Below are positions 50,396 through 64,000 of a DNA stretch of 64,000 nucleotides, piece after piece (position 1 is the stretch's first letter; each line of letters starts with the position of its first letter). The notes below the pieces were generated by a model. It did no database searches. It saw only the letters and a list, made by a program, of their open reading frames with translations, and was not told the origin of the DNA. The translations under genes and the position numbers were made by a program. The stretch lies in assembly GCF_037042905.1 (NCBI RefSeq), contig NC_087251.1, positions 23,128,001-23,192,000 of the forward strand. Reading direction: 5' to 3'. The DNA comes from Lytechinus pictus (lineage: Eukaryota).

Positions 50396-53300
50396 TGATC
50401 ATTGTCTTTGCCATTTCATATATGCTCACATGAATGTAATATTGTCCAATCTTTTTCAGAGAGGAGTTATATTAACATTCACCAACAACAATTTTGCTTT
50501 AAAACTAAAGAATTTATGACATGGAAGGCGGTAGGGTTTTTATTTTTGGTTCAGTTTAGTTTATAAATCACCCAATACATGGTCGTTTTTTTTTAAGTTT
50601 ATCCTCTGGTCACATGGTCACATTTTTTTAATTGTTGCTCCGTTTATATTAAATCATTTGATAATTTGGCCATCAAATGCATGGAAATATATTCAGCCAA
50701 TATTCTCCAAAAACCAATGTTCTGACCAACCTCTCAGCATCTCCGCTGGAGGTTACGCACCGAGGGGCCGTTACGCCATAAAGCCTGGAGCTCACGAACC
50801 ATTACCACACCTTCCTGAATAAGCATGTTGGGATCAGTGGAAATGCTGATTCTGTCTTTCGTGGAACTGTAGCTGGAATTGAATCAAAGGAAATACGCAT
50901 TTGTATCAGGGACAGGTAAATCAGTACAAGGGGTTGCAAGAATGCATTGAACTGTGAAAGATTGGGATGACCTACAGACATAGTAGTTACACAATGCAAT
51001 CGTGCGTGAATTTATAACCGATGCATGAGGAAAAAGCGGTATATAAGAAAACATCTTAAAAATTTACGCTATATACACTTTCACAATTTAAATAATATCA
51101 GAACATTGACCAGATAATATCTTTGGAGAGAGTCTGTTTTCATTTTTATTTAAAAATTCATTCCCTTCATAATCGGCTGAATCAAAACAAGTGAAATGCT
51201 CCTCAAAGGGGCATTTTGTGATTAATATATAATGTATCCATCCTCAACAATGCGTTCCTTCACTTTGCCTCTCTCCACCCAGATGTTAAATGGTAGAATA
51301 ACGTGAATGGGGAAACAAGTTTACATTGGGGAAAAAAAACCAAATCGTTTATGGCAAGAAAGAATTTGATGACCGGGGTAATCTTTAAAGGCGCCGTCTG
51401 GATGTAAAATAAAAATAGTTATAATATCACTATCATTCATGCATTATGTTAAACTTTACTTTCATACAATATTATTATGTAGACCTTGCGTCTCTCATCA
51501 CTATGATAAGAACGATAATGGCATGCCAGATCAATGAACATTGTTAGAAGAAAATGAAACGCGTTCAATTTGATAAATATCATAAGGAAATTTGTTTCAA
51601 ATTTTGAGGTAGGCAGTATGAAAAACAAGTTAATATACGTGTGGAGGCAGTATAACTAGCATTTGCTACTCACTTTATCATTCTCTTTTTTTTTTCTCCG
51701 TGGGCTATATAATAGTCAAGTGGTGAGCGCACTGCGCATGACCACAGGGGGTAGCAATACCCTGGATTTGGCCGTGACATTGCATACAATCGGTACAAAT
51801 AGTCACGTGACTACTATTTTCCTGGGGACCTCTTTGAGTGGTTAGTTTCCTCATCTGCTGGTTTCTTGTGGTACACCCTCTTATTTCTTGATACTAAGCA
51901 CATGACTCGGTTATTGCATGTTTAATTCATTCACTATTTTCAATTCGATTTCATAAGTAGTCCGACGTACATGACTGTACACTGCAAGACGTGTGTTTGT
52001 CAAAATAATTGTTTAAAGACTTTGGTTATTACTCCATTTAAGCAAATATTTATTGTCGTTATCCCTGGAATTCTGTTACATGTTCATGAATCAAAATTAT
52101 GTCCCGTTTCATTAGTTTCATCTTTAAAATGACGAACTGTAATGATCTATACTTTTGAGACAAAACAAATCCCATCGTTGAAATAAAATAAAAAGTCTTT
52201 TCTCATATGAATCCTGTCTATATTGATATAGACATTATATAGAAAATATATTGACATTAATAATTTACTGGTATGAAAAGAAAAAAAGAGAAAATGCACC
52301 TTTAAATCGTGCTGAGCCTTTACCCCCCCCCCCCCCCACACACACACACACACACGCATGGAAATATACGAAAGAATAGGCATTTCCCAAAAGAAAGCCA
52401 CCAAACCTAATAGTATTGAAGCATGATTAAATTGCTGGCTGTTAGAATAGGGGACCAAGTGTCTTGCATTTGTAATAAAAACATGTAAATTATATTTTAC
52501 TCATTCATAGATAGTGTAATTAAGAATGATGTCGAAAGATTAAATCGTCGGTAGCCATACGAAGAGCTGCAAATAGAAGCGTGAAATTGCTGTAATAAAT
52601 CGAATTTGTTCTATTGCCCGTAGTTCCTTAAGCCTCAAGGATGGTAAAATGAAGTCGGTACCTCGTCTCATTTCTGTTGACATTTGGATTTTGTTCGAAG
52701 GAAGAAAGAACACAGTTTTTTTTTTCTCTCATTCTATTGGTCTTTGATTATCCGTCACTTGGAATTGTGCGAAAGAGAAAGATGCGCTGATGCATATTCC
52801 ACCCCCCTCTATGGTTGATCTTTGTAAGGGGGTACCCACCCTGATATCAAACTATTTTGAATACATAGAGCATGCACAGCCTTATGACCACCCACATCAT
52901 TTTCCAAGTGGTGAAAGAAATGTCGGGGGGGGGGGGGTTAACGGTTTAAAATAGAAAAGAAGAAAAAAAATGAATTGAAAAAAGAGCACTTTGCTGTAGG
53001 AATATGCGAATCCCTTAATGCCATCGAGAGTAAATTACTTCTGTTGGGGTCGTCTTGCCACTTTTCATTAAAATACCTTTGCGCCGCCCCTGCAACAGAG
53101 TGAAATCATACTACCAAAACAGGAACATCTTTAACAAAATCAAAAGCATTAGATATAACAATGTTACGAAATTTGGCAGTTTTGCATGACGATAAAAAAA
53201 CTCTCATTACTGCAACATACTTTTGAATGCAGATTAGTAAGGCGTATAATTATGTTTGAAGCCTTCTTTTTTATTGTATGTTATTTTATGTGAAATTACA

Positions 53301-54133
53301 AAAACAAACTATTTTTTCGCCAAAATTATAGAACAATGTGATATCTCATGAGAACATCACCATCTGACGGTAACATAATATGATACGAAGGTGACAATGT
53401 CTAAGAATCTCTTGAAAAGTTAATAGCTTAGACTCCATGTAAGAACACGCCACAATACTTCTAATGTTTGGAAATAGTGGAGGTGAGTTAAGTCGGACAG
53501 TGCGCTTTGAAACACCCGTATAAAGCGTTATTATTACTATTATTCTCATTATTATTAGTAGTATTATAATCTACTTGGCTCTGACATCTATAATCTATAT
53601 GGCTAGACACACACACACATTTTGTTTTTGCTTCAATACCATGTTTGATTAAAGTATAAAACACATGTTCTCTGGGATGAAGTGTAAGGCAGTAAGGCGT
53701 GAAGGCACATGTCCATGGTCGGCCCAGACGTTCATAATCACGTATTATATAGATACACTTTCTCAACACACTCGCACAAACACCCACACAATTGGGAATA
53801 ATCTCCCGCATCCATAAACAGGGATTTACTGTTTGATTTGTCATAATCATCTCAACCTTCATAAATTTATCTTATTTCGAGCTAATTTTGACTCGACAGA
53901 ATAGCACAGCATTACTGCAGTGCCAGTGGGTTTTTTTAATGCTGGGTATATTTCTTTTTATTGCATCTTTGCTCTATTTAGGGTATTCCAATAGATGCCG
54001 GAACGAACAATGTCAAAACAAAACAAAACATCGGAAAGAGGCAAAACATAAGTGTCTGGGTAAAGACCTTTTAGATGTGCGATAAATGATATTATGGGTA
54101 GTGTTCAGCTAAGTGTCCTTACAGCATGACCAA

Positions 54134-54511
54134 TACCCCTTTCATAAACCCATCCTCCAATTAGCCGCCTAAGAGTAATGAGGATAATTCAATGTAAATT
54201 GCGTTCACAAACTCCGAAAATAATCCGCACTATTTTTACGAGCGCCCGTCCTGAAAAAGGCGGATAATCGTCATGGCAACCGCACACACCCCCTCCGATG
54301 CGGTTGTGTTGGAAAAGGGTGACCTTGTGACCGCACCATGGCAATTATCCGCATTACTTTGGAAATGCGTTCATAAAGTCAAAATCTGGACCCGATGCCG
54401 CTATTATGCGGATAATTGCAGCATCAAAATAATGCGGATAACTCTGGTCCTCCGATTTTACGATAAACTTATGCTGCTATTAGCCGCATAATTGGGTTTA
54501 TGAAAGGGGTA
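54134..54511. mobile_element. MITE with perfect 19-bp TIR and 3-bp CAA TSD (PIF/Harbinger-like)
   Basis: caa-TACCCCTTTCATAAACCCA ... TGGGTTTATGAAAGGGGTA-caa, with multiple internal GCGGAT(A/T)A motifs in both orientations. Confidence 0.9.
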
Positions 54512-56149
54512 CAAGATTCTATTTAACTGAGCACATTTCAGTCAATCCGTCACGCTGTACTGGATGGATTCGAGATCGCTGAAACCAGGCAATCAAGCGG
54601 ACCATACTTCGTCAAGTCAAGGACTTCAAGCGTTAATTTATTGACAATTATGAATCTATAATGCAAATAAGAAAAAGATCGAATATGATATTACAGTGTG
54701 TTAGAACATTCATCCTTTGTGTAACCATGTATGCCCTTGAGGTGAAACGAAAATGCGGTATTCATTTTCTTCTATCATGCTTTATCGTGAAGAGAATAGT
54801 ACCCAACTCTTTTCGCCAATCGACCAAGCGAAGAAGAGCAACATCTCAGTTCACTCATAAATCTTTGTACAGCTCTTCAACAACAAGGGCGTGAGCAAAC
54901 ATAATTCGGAAACCAAGACTCTAATTGGGGTGTCACGTTTGCTATTACAAGTCAGAATTTCCCATTGATTTGTTATCTTAGCTCGCATATTTAGAGGGAA
55001 AAGAGTTGTTTAAACCTGTAATTTCTAAACAAACGGGGTTAAATGGTAAATAATGTGTTTGCTCTTTTAATTTCAAGCTCTGTGGATATTCACAATCCAC
55101 ACATCCTTGTTTCATTCATTGCTGAAATATGGTGTTTTATTTGAATGTCAATACTTAATTTTCTAAATGCGTTCCTTTGCTTGCTGGGATGTTTTGCGGG
55201 ATTTTTTTTGGGTAAAGATCTATACACCTTGTGATGTGCAATATTGTCAATTATATTTCACACGTAGGCGTTAATCCACTGGAAAACCACTTTTGAGAAC
55301 GCCCCCTCCTACATTTTTACCGAGGGACACTGTGTAGCCAAGGAGGCTTACCTTCGTCGGTCTCGCTAGCATCTATCAAGTTCGTTGTTGGTATCATTAT
55401 GTGGCATTCGGTATGTCATGTGTGGGTTAAAAATATTCTTTATTATGTGTTATTCAAAATACCAGGGACTTTGCTTAAGTGAAAGGATGAATAAACATTT
55501 ATGCACAGGCAAATGCAGAGGACGTTGATTGGTGGCATTAATACATAGTCAGAGCATGCTGAATGATGAACTAAATCTAATGGCATATACTGTTCGGTTT
55601 TCGTAACGGAATGTGAGAGGGCTGAGGGGCTGTAGAACGTCCAAACTGTTTTTTTTATTGAATATCTGGTATATTTTATTTTACACTTTTTTACTGAGTC
55701 CGCCGAACATTATCATTACATGCCATATTTCTCGTTAACGAAATTAATATAAATAATCATTTATTACCGAAAAACGGCTATGATGAAAATGCTTTTTCAT
55801 GTGACATAGGTGAAAGGTTTACATCATTTTTTGGAGGTGCTCTGTCAATGTCATTGTAATTCTAACGATGTTGAGAAATGAGAAAAAAACCTAATGGAGG
55901 ACTGATTTATTCTCAGTGAGATAACCTAAAAAAAATGCGATAGAGATGCAATTAAAAGAAACAAATTAATAAGCAGAGACAGATGAATAGAAATAAAAAT
56001 CATAAAGAAATTGATAAATGAATCAATAGACAAAGAATTAAGTAATAAAATAAATACATAAATTGATAAATAAACAAATATAAAGATACACCATGAATAA
56101 ATCAATAAACAAATAGAATATATAAATGAATAATAGATAAAATTTATAT

Positions 56150-56345
56150 TGGTATTTATTTTCCATATCACAATGTTAAAAACAATGCAAGGTAACTGTA
56201 TGTACATAAAAATAAAGCGAAATGGCTGGATAAACCCACTTAGCTTTGTCAATATAACCACGCTGTCTTTCCCTGGGGTCCAGGACATACAACAAAAGTT
56301 ACTGTACATGATAAAAACATATATAAATATAGAAATACAATAGTA
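56150..56345 (-). mobile_element. Probable L2-type LINE 3' UTR fragment
   Basis: tttatt at the left end and a GC-richer block ctggataaaccc...ccctggggtccagg inside AT-rich low-complexity sequence. Confidence 0.4.
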
Positions 56346-57455
56346 AAAAGATAAATACATAAATAAGCGAGAGCTACACTACTGAACCATTCGGTGATGT
56401 AATCATAAAATGATTCCGCTACCCCCCCCTACTCCCGCTTTCCCGCTAATCTCGTCAGGAGTAGATATCATTTCATTGTTGGAAGCGGTAATGAACTGTT
56501 AGTAATAAGGAAAGTCAAGCTTGGGTCAGCGGCTCCAGCTGTGGGGCATGGCTTGTGTGTCAAGTTTCTATCGTGACCTCTGCGGTATGCCTTAGATGGG
56601 GAGGGGGTGGGGTGTCAAGCGAAAAGGGTGCAGTCATGATGATATATATCAAAAGGAAAGGTATGGGACACCCGCACGCTGACAATGATCATTTAGTCTA
56701 CAAAGCTTTACACTGTGTAATATAGCGGACGAAGATGAGGTAATTGGCCCACCTGATTGCACCCCCGCCATACTCTTAGATTAGCCTATATACGCCTCGG
56801 TCATTCATAAATTTGGTCAAGATTAATTTCGCATTACATACCACCTTTGATGGGCTGAGTACAAACTAATCAAAAGAAAATTTAGATTTATTAGAATTCC
56901 TAATGGGTCAACATTCTCTACGCAGCAGATAGAAATGGCTTGTGGTATATTTATTGGCCTGCAGGCAAACCTGTCGGAGTGATATCGGTTTACAAAGGCG
57001 GTGAACTCTGTTACATTTGTATACTATGAAAATCAATCAATCCGAAAAGATGACACTATGTACACTCAAATTTCGGTTGTTTTAAGTTAATGCAGTTAAA
57101 CAATTATTGGTTGAAACATTGACAGTTAGGCTTCGGGATCGGATTGTGGGCCCCACTTTAATATTGCTTTGTTTAGTAGGAGAAAGCTTACGTTACTTCA
57201 ACATCTAATGAAGATCATATATCACATTCATGATCAAGAAAAAGAAAAAAGAAAATAAATAACAAGTCTAGTCAGACACGTCATGGGAACCATTTGAACT
57301 AAAAAAAAAAAATGGAAGCACAGGGATTGAAGCGCGGTATATGAATGCTAGAAAATTGGTCATATTGTTTATCACCGTCAGTCTTTGGATGCATATTTTT
57401 CTCCGAGCCCAAATCTCTGGGAGAGGAATGACAGTTCTGAGTGATGAGTGATCAA

Positions 57456-57614
57456 GGGTTCCGTTGCATAAAAGTTATTATCTTGGTAACTTTGCCATCC
57501 AATGGTAACTTTCATGGAATCCTTGGTTTTGATTGGCTGATGAGCATTGTTACCATGGTAGTTACCACTGGATGACAAAGTTACTATAGTAGTAACTTTT
57601 ATACAACGGGGCTC
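57456..57614. mobile_element. Short MITE
   Basis: TIRs GGGTTCCGTTGCATAAAAGTTA / TAACTTTTATACAACGGGGCTC, with repeated ggtaac / gttacc motifs. Confidence 0.75.
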
Positions 57615-58630
57615 AGAAGGCATACGATTCTTATAGTCGTTCATCAAAACCATCTCTGATTGAAGTAGGTATCCATGCGTATGGGATTAGCTCACATGGC
57701 AGCTCTAGTCTGATGAAGATAGTCATAGGTGTCAGTATGAAGTTACTTCACCGAATATGTAAACACGTTTTCATTCTGACAGGCAAAATTGTTATTCTTC
57801 AGATACCATTTCGTGTGTCTTGAGAACATAGATTGACTTTACTCTCTATAGTCTAAAATAACCATGTGTGGATACACAGCAATCGTTCTATAAATGGTAC
57901 ACATACATGTACGTCATTCCAAACGTATTATCTTGGCCCAAAGTGATCAGAGTGATGGTTATATCTTTGTTGGGAGGTCTCTAATGTATGATTGCATGCT
58001 CTGTGAGTGATCTCGGTGACAAAGTACGAAATAAACTGATAAAATAGTTCCAGGTTTGACCCCATGCTACTTTATGTGCGTCATAGGGTTTTCTTCTTTG
58101 ATCAAAATCATCGACACATCAAGCCACAGCAGTTACTCAAAATTTATCAAATAAATTTACATTCCGATAAGTAAATATTGCATGCACTGAAGCATATTCT
58201 CTTGTAATGCGGTTTCTCTTGAGACATAATGAGTTTTATTAAAAAGGAAAGAGTCTACCTTCTTTTAGTTCACTTTTGAAGACATGAAAAATCATTACTG
58301 ACTATGAATGAGGGCATGCATTGACCTCTGGAAGGGCCATCGGATGTTTCAATCCCCTTTTCAGTTGCTTTCACACAATTACAAGATATTAGTTATGTCT
58401 ATATTTATGGGTGAGTTTGTAATGGTTAATGGTATGAGCTAAAAAGTGAATTGAATATACGTGATGAAATGGCATCCAATATGTCTAAGAAAAGTTGAAA
58501 CCTTTATCAAAATAAATAAAACTATTTGCATTTTATCTTTGTTTCCCAAAATTGCTGTCACAAAAAAAATTCAGTCGTAATGTTTAAAGCACAAATGGCT
58601 TTTAATAATTCTTTTTCTTGTATTTTCCAG

Positions 58631-58707
58631 CTATTGAGGAATTCCCTGGGGATCTTTTCACAGAAGAACAACGAGAAAAGGGAGCTTTTATTTTACATGC
58701 ATTATGT
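58631..58707 (+). CDS. SLC24/NCKX exchanger, coding exon 3
   Basis: ttttccag acceptor, 77 nt, gtaagt donor. Encodes (T)IEEFPGDLFTEEQREKGAFILHALC, matching the NCKX3/4 motif EFPxDxFTxxxRxxGAxxLH before TM1. Confidence 0.95.
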
Positions 58708-60741
58708 GTAAGTATACATTTGTTCTTTTAGTAAAATTATAGTTTATACATAGATATATTCTTATATTGGTAGATATTATGAGTATAAGGTAAATTTTTT
58801 TTCTTCAAATCACTGCTGATAAAAGCTGCGAATATTTGTTTATTTTTTGAGTCCACATCAATTGCTCATAAAACTTTAATATATGTATGGAAAATTCTCT
58901 ATGGTTAGAGCATCAATAATTTCAGAAATATGATTTATTCCATGTTCTCTGAATTGCTTTGAGTTATATAACTTTAATTACTAAGGTTATTACTTAAGTA
59001 CTATTTACAGAGCGAAAATAAAATTGTGTGTCGTTTTCAGACAGTATATTTCTTGTTGGTTCTTAGATGTTTCATCTTCCGTTCGGTATTCGTAGAACCA
59101 GAGATGATTTGCTTTCCAGATTAGATCAACATATGTTTGCAATGTAATTGTTGGTTGAAGCATGTTTAGTCTGTTACCGACGCGTACGAATGTCAAGAAG
59201 ACATTGGCATTACGTTCAAGTGATCTACCAGATTGGATCTTTAATGAAGTAAGGGATCAAACGACTAAAGTCAATTGACACCAGAAACCGTAATGAAACC
59301 AAATGACTAGATGTACCAATCTCATCCTCCTAGAAATCTAAATTGATTGACTGCAGGCCGTACCGGTAACGTCACATTCTAACGACGCAAACACGTGTGA
59401 CATTTCATATCCAACCCTAATGTTAGGTCATGGGTGTATCACGTGACCTAATCATGCCTCTGCGTGTGTGTCTCCACACGAAATTGTCTTATATGATTAC
59501 CTCCATCTTCATGAATTGCAATTGTTTGCTGTTTCAACTATGGCAGTGAGAATGATGAATTTATTGGCGTGATGTACGGGGTTTGTACGAGTTCTTTGAA
59601 CTTCTTGAATGGGGGGGTCAATATTTATCGGGTAGTCAATGAAATGTCATACTGCTTATTTGGCATTCCAATACCTTGATTGATCGGTGTTTAGGTTTAC
59701 CGGATTGCTCTAACTTGTCTAAAGGCTGCTGTAAACTTAATCGAAACATACATTAAGTCCATAAGAAACGTGTTTGGCATATCCGATAGATTAATGGCCT
59801 CATTTCTACATATCTTGAATGAATATAAAAACCAACGTTGAAACTAACCTCGCCTATTGATTTGTATTAGCAACTTACCTAAGCCTGTGATTTATACTTG
59901 TTTTGAGTTTATCTCAACATGGAACTAAGTTTACCCAAAAAAACTCTTAAGAATTTGTGAATCAAAGTTCGACCTTAAAAAGTATTCCACAGCTTTTCGA
60001 CTGAAAGCGCTCAAGGTCGAAATGTTAAGTGTTCGGCAAGGCGTTCGGCATCTCTCCAATTAATTTTATAACACACATAAAACATAAAAATAAACAAATA
60101 ATGAATTTCAAGTTTTTCAAGATGGATAAATATGATGTATTTATCTGGTGCCCTGTATACAATCCAAGAACTTTTTTCCATGAAAACTCTAACTACGGAT
60201 TATATTTTTATATTGGGAAATGTCGACCCTGAAGGTGATATATGAAATAAAAACAAATTTACAGGATGCATCAGGTCGACAGGAGGATCTGAACGATTCC
60301 ACATTATTAAGACCTCAGGCATTGCATTACCTACTAAATTGCATCAACTTCCCAACAGATGAATTTACAATACAGCTTAGTGCTCAGGCGAGGTTGTTTT
60401 TAATGTTTGAATCCAAAATATTTTCTCAGAATATCATTTAAGACTTTACACTGTATTGAAATGGATTTCATGCGCTCGTCAAGAAGGTCTTCTGATGTTT
60501 CAATGAGGTAACTATACACAGGTTTTAGTTCAGGTTTAGGTTATGCCACAATTATGCTATCAAGCTAATAATATTTTTAAGGAAGAATTTCTAAGATTTT
60601 TAATACATCCCAAAACATGATGTTATTGAATTATGATATTAATTGAAATGACAGCAACAACTTTAACGTATGACTTTTTATCTGAAATTGACCACTGAAT
60701 CATTGTGAATAGTATTGTTTCACGGGCCAGGCTGTGTCCTT

Positions 60742-60977
60742 GATTTATTTATTTATTTTTTTTGATTGATTGGTGGTGATTTTTTTACCTGATTGCTAAG
60801 AAAGCATGAATGCTTGTAAGCAAGCAACCAGAGGACCGACGGCTTAAGGTCCCCCCCGAAGGACCTGGTACTGAGGATTAATGCCTTACCAAAGGGCACA
60901 AGCGCACCAAGTGGGAATCGAACCCGGGTCACCGGAATACGAGTCCCCCGCTCTACCGACTGAGCTATCGCGCCTCC
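60742..60977 (-). mobile_element. Apparently full-length tRNA-derived SINE
   Basis: The minus strand reads GGAGGCGCGATAGCTCAGTCGGTAGAGC (A box) ... GGTTCGATTCCC (B box), then a body gtgccctttggtaaggcattaatcc...ggaccttaagccgtcggtcc, then an A-rich (AAAT)n tail. Confidence 0.9.
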
Positions 60978-63288
60978 TTACCCGTCAACTCCAAAGTTTC
61001 CAAGGTCACCTATTAAATGAAATTAATTTTACTTAACTGTAATAAAGATAATGATGAAGAATGTGAATTACTACCATTAACATTACCTAGAATTTGTGGT
61101 CTGGTCGGAAATGAAGAGCAATTCCGTTATAATATCCGTCAGAGCTTTTTATTTCACCATTTTCCTCCCTGTCCTATTTCTATTCACGATTTTGAGGTGA
61201 GTTGCAAGAAAAGTATAAACATTCATTCTTGCAAAAGAAAAATATATAAATGTATGTCCTCTGATTAGAATGATATTTTGATTCTAAATTTGGAACACAC
61301 TGATAACAACATATTCAAATAGACCAAATCATTTTGTATGGTGTGAGATCGATTGCAGAGAGTTGCATTTGATAAATTTACAACAACAACAAATCAAGTC
61401 CCAACTGCGCTTCAAATTCTGATTATGAGAATCATGTCATGTTTTTGTAGATTAGTTTGATTGCCACTCTTTCCTCAACGGATCCTTGGAGTTGGTTTCA
61501 TATGTTTGATTGTGATATCGTACACTCTAAACATAAACGATTTGAAATGGGTAAATCACCCTTTAAAAGAGCTGACGAGTGACGGCGTTTTTAATAAGAG
61601 TGGAAAACGATGTCACTCTGCCATTTTCCACTCTCTTCGCCTTTATTTTTAGAGTATATCAGGAGCCATCGTTACACACACCAATCGAGCTTGATGTTCA
61701 GCCAATCAGAAGTCTGTATGATAAGCATTACATTTGAATTTGTGCGACAGACACCAGAACATGATGTCTACATCATACGTCTGCACAATAGTTTCATATC
61801 TACCCCTGATCTTCAAAGTTGCACGCTTACATTAAATAAATTGACAAAGCTGAATGTTTATTTGAAAAATGATACGAATAACCAACAATGCCTTTTTTAT
61901 TAGTTCATGTCTTAACATAATACATTTCACCTTATGCAATAATCGGGGCGATGCAGCTTGTATATGAGAATGCTGCAATTGAGCTCAATTTACGAATATT
62001 TTCGCAGAAGACAATTCAGATGCTTTGTTTTTTTAGGATGAGTTTTGTGAGAAGCCCCTTTCACCTTTTCGCGGGATGAAGAACATGAAGTGGCTGGTCG
62101 AGATTCTAACCCTGGGAGTCTTTGATGTAGGTGCTCATTAGCGAAGTACCGCACTGTGGTTGATGCCTATTACAAATCATGTGCAAGACAGATATTGGCA
62201 CCCAAAATAGCCTCAACTACGTTTCACAGCTGCCACGTTCACTCTGAGTCGGTACGGGTTGTGCAAACCCTGCGATTGACACAGCAAACATGATCAGCCG
62301 CTAATGATCCGCATTCCTGATCCGTTGGCACCCTTTCTCTCATTAAGTGAACATTTTTGTGTGTTTACACGTACCAATGCATGCTTCTTGGACTCGAGAC
62401 AACGGCGCTGTTAGCATTCAAGAAGTGGACCTTAGTGTGTTGGCCCATGTTCTCCCGCCGTAGGCTTTGTGTGACGTGCATTAATAAAATGGTTCATCTG
62501 TACTTTTTAATTCTGTTGCAAGATACGATACCTTTGAAGGTATCGGTTTGGTTACTATAGCATCAATTGATTCCAAACTTCAGAAACAGCTTTTTAACTG
62601 TCTCCATTAAAAGGTCACATGATTTTAATTGTCATAGTGGTTTTAATTAAGTTTTTCTTGAGAATTCATCCCTGCAGAATGATCAATTACTATCTCACTA
62701 GAATTGAAATGCATCTGCCAACAAGAATAGATCATTGCTTCAGACGTGTAGAATACTAATTTTAGAAAAGTACAAAGTTGAGTCCCTTGCTACATTGTGC
62801 AATATTCGAACTTTTATCAACATTAATTACTTGAAGATTATTACCATGTGGTTACAAAACTTTCCACAATGACTAAATTTCTGTTTCTACTATCATCTAA
62901 TCCGAAAGTTCCTAACATGATCATCAGTGATCCAGCATTATTATACAACAAATTACAATTACCTTGAGTCATCCGTTTGAACCTTTTACATGTTGATGCA
63001 CCTCATAATACTGCGTAAAATTGTCCGAATATTTCCTTCCCGTCTTTCCGTGTGGATTAACTCCATATCTCCTACCATCTAGGGGAAGTGGAATTGTTTG
63101 AAATCGTCGAAAGGCCTACTATGTCTCACATTGATAATCTATACACAGTAAGCGTGCCTGATACAATCATAATGTATGACTAGTAGCATGACCCAGTTTT
63201 TGTAAAGATTTTTTTGGACAATAGTCTGAAAATACATTTATTACCTAAAATAAACACCCGTTATGTTTGTTTGTTTTTTGTCTTACAG

Positions 63289-63363
63289 GCCGTATACATG
63301 TTTATTGCACTGGCCATTGTCTGTGATGACTTTTTTGTGTCTTCGCTGGAAAAAATATGTGAG
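63289..63363 (+). CDS. SLC24/NCKX exchanger, coding exon 4 (TM1); gene continues past window
   Basis: tcttacag acceptor, 75 nt, phase 0-0, gtaaga donor. Encodes AVYMFIALAIVCDDFFVSSLEKICE, nearly identical to the vertebrate NCKX3/4 segment YMFYALAIVCDDFFVPSLEKICE. Confidence 0.96.
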
Positions 63364-64000
63364 GTAAGATTCAAATAAGCCAACAGCAATGTTAACAAGC
63401 AAGATTTAAACAAAGTCACAAAGGCCACATGCTGCTTTAGTGTAACTCATGCAAGTACCTTTCTTTCCAATATTTTTCAATAATTACACATTATGATGAC
63501 AAAAACGTAAATACAGTACATCATAACAATGCCATGTTGGTAAAGTGCAAATTCCACTTTTGTTTGGAGACGAACAAACCTTATATCTGAGCAGATTGGT
63601 TTCAAAGAGGAAACGGAAATTGTTTCGTTAAAATTCTGATCCATGATAATCCACGTCCCTTACGTAATTTTATCATTCAATTTAACGGTACACGTTCCAG
63701 AAATATGGAACTTTATTTTTGTCGAAGTCGATGGCTCTTCTTCCATTCTATTGATGTGCATAATCAAAACAAGATCAATAGTGTAAGAAAACGTTAGTTC
63801 TTTATTCCAAATAAGCAGCAAGAATTAATGAGATATGAGAAATACCCAGCAAAGTACTTCATTCCCCCTAAAAAAAATATGAATTTAAGGTCATGTGGTT
63901 TTCATCCCTTGAGCAGCTAAGGGTTAGGATTTGAATCTTATGGAAATATTGGATTACGTATGTATTTGTGATAGAGTTTATCTAGATCATACTTTTCTTT

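Noticed and set aside
55926..56360. 144-aa hydrophobic membrane protein ORF
   Set aside because: AT-rich low-complexity (ATAA-like) sequence and a probable LINE tail, with no domain signature.
60904..60977. Functional tRNA gene on the minus strand
   Set aside because: The acceptor and anticodon stems do not pair properly, and the head runs into a SINE body and A-rich tail.
63337..63348. VSSL instead of VPSL in NCKX TM1 as a functional novelty
   Set aside because: A single substitution; significance cannot be judged without a family alignment.

Overview
AT-rich eukaryotic (animal) genomic DNA. The repeat types and poly-G tracts suggest an echinoderm such as a sea urchin, but that is inference. 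Almost none of the six-frame ORFs are real genes. The window holds the 5' part of one + strand gene, a K+-dependent Na+/Ca2+ exchanger (SLC24/NCKX, most like NCKX3/4). It has four GT-AG coding exons (913-1036, 45394-45591, 58631-58707, 63289-63363) that splice in frame into 158 codons, and it continues beyond the window. Upstream lie a compact CRE / RFX X-box / CCAAT promoter cluster and a leader containing uORFs. The ~44-kb first intron carries a dead CR1/L2-group LINE, tRNA-derived SINEs and many non-autonomous DNA transposons: TTAA-TSD Kolobok-like, 8-bp-TSD hAT-like, CACTG/2-bp-TSD and 3-bp-TSD Harbinger-like. The most unusual structure is a nested pair of hAT-like elements (18248-20610). 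Its inner element carries a ~110-bp-periodic array of a conserved palindromic 21-mer separated by diverged spacers. No prokaryotic system, CRISPR-Cas locus or intact transposase is supported.
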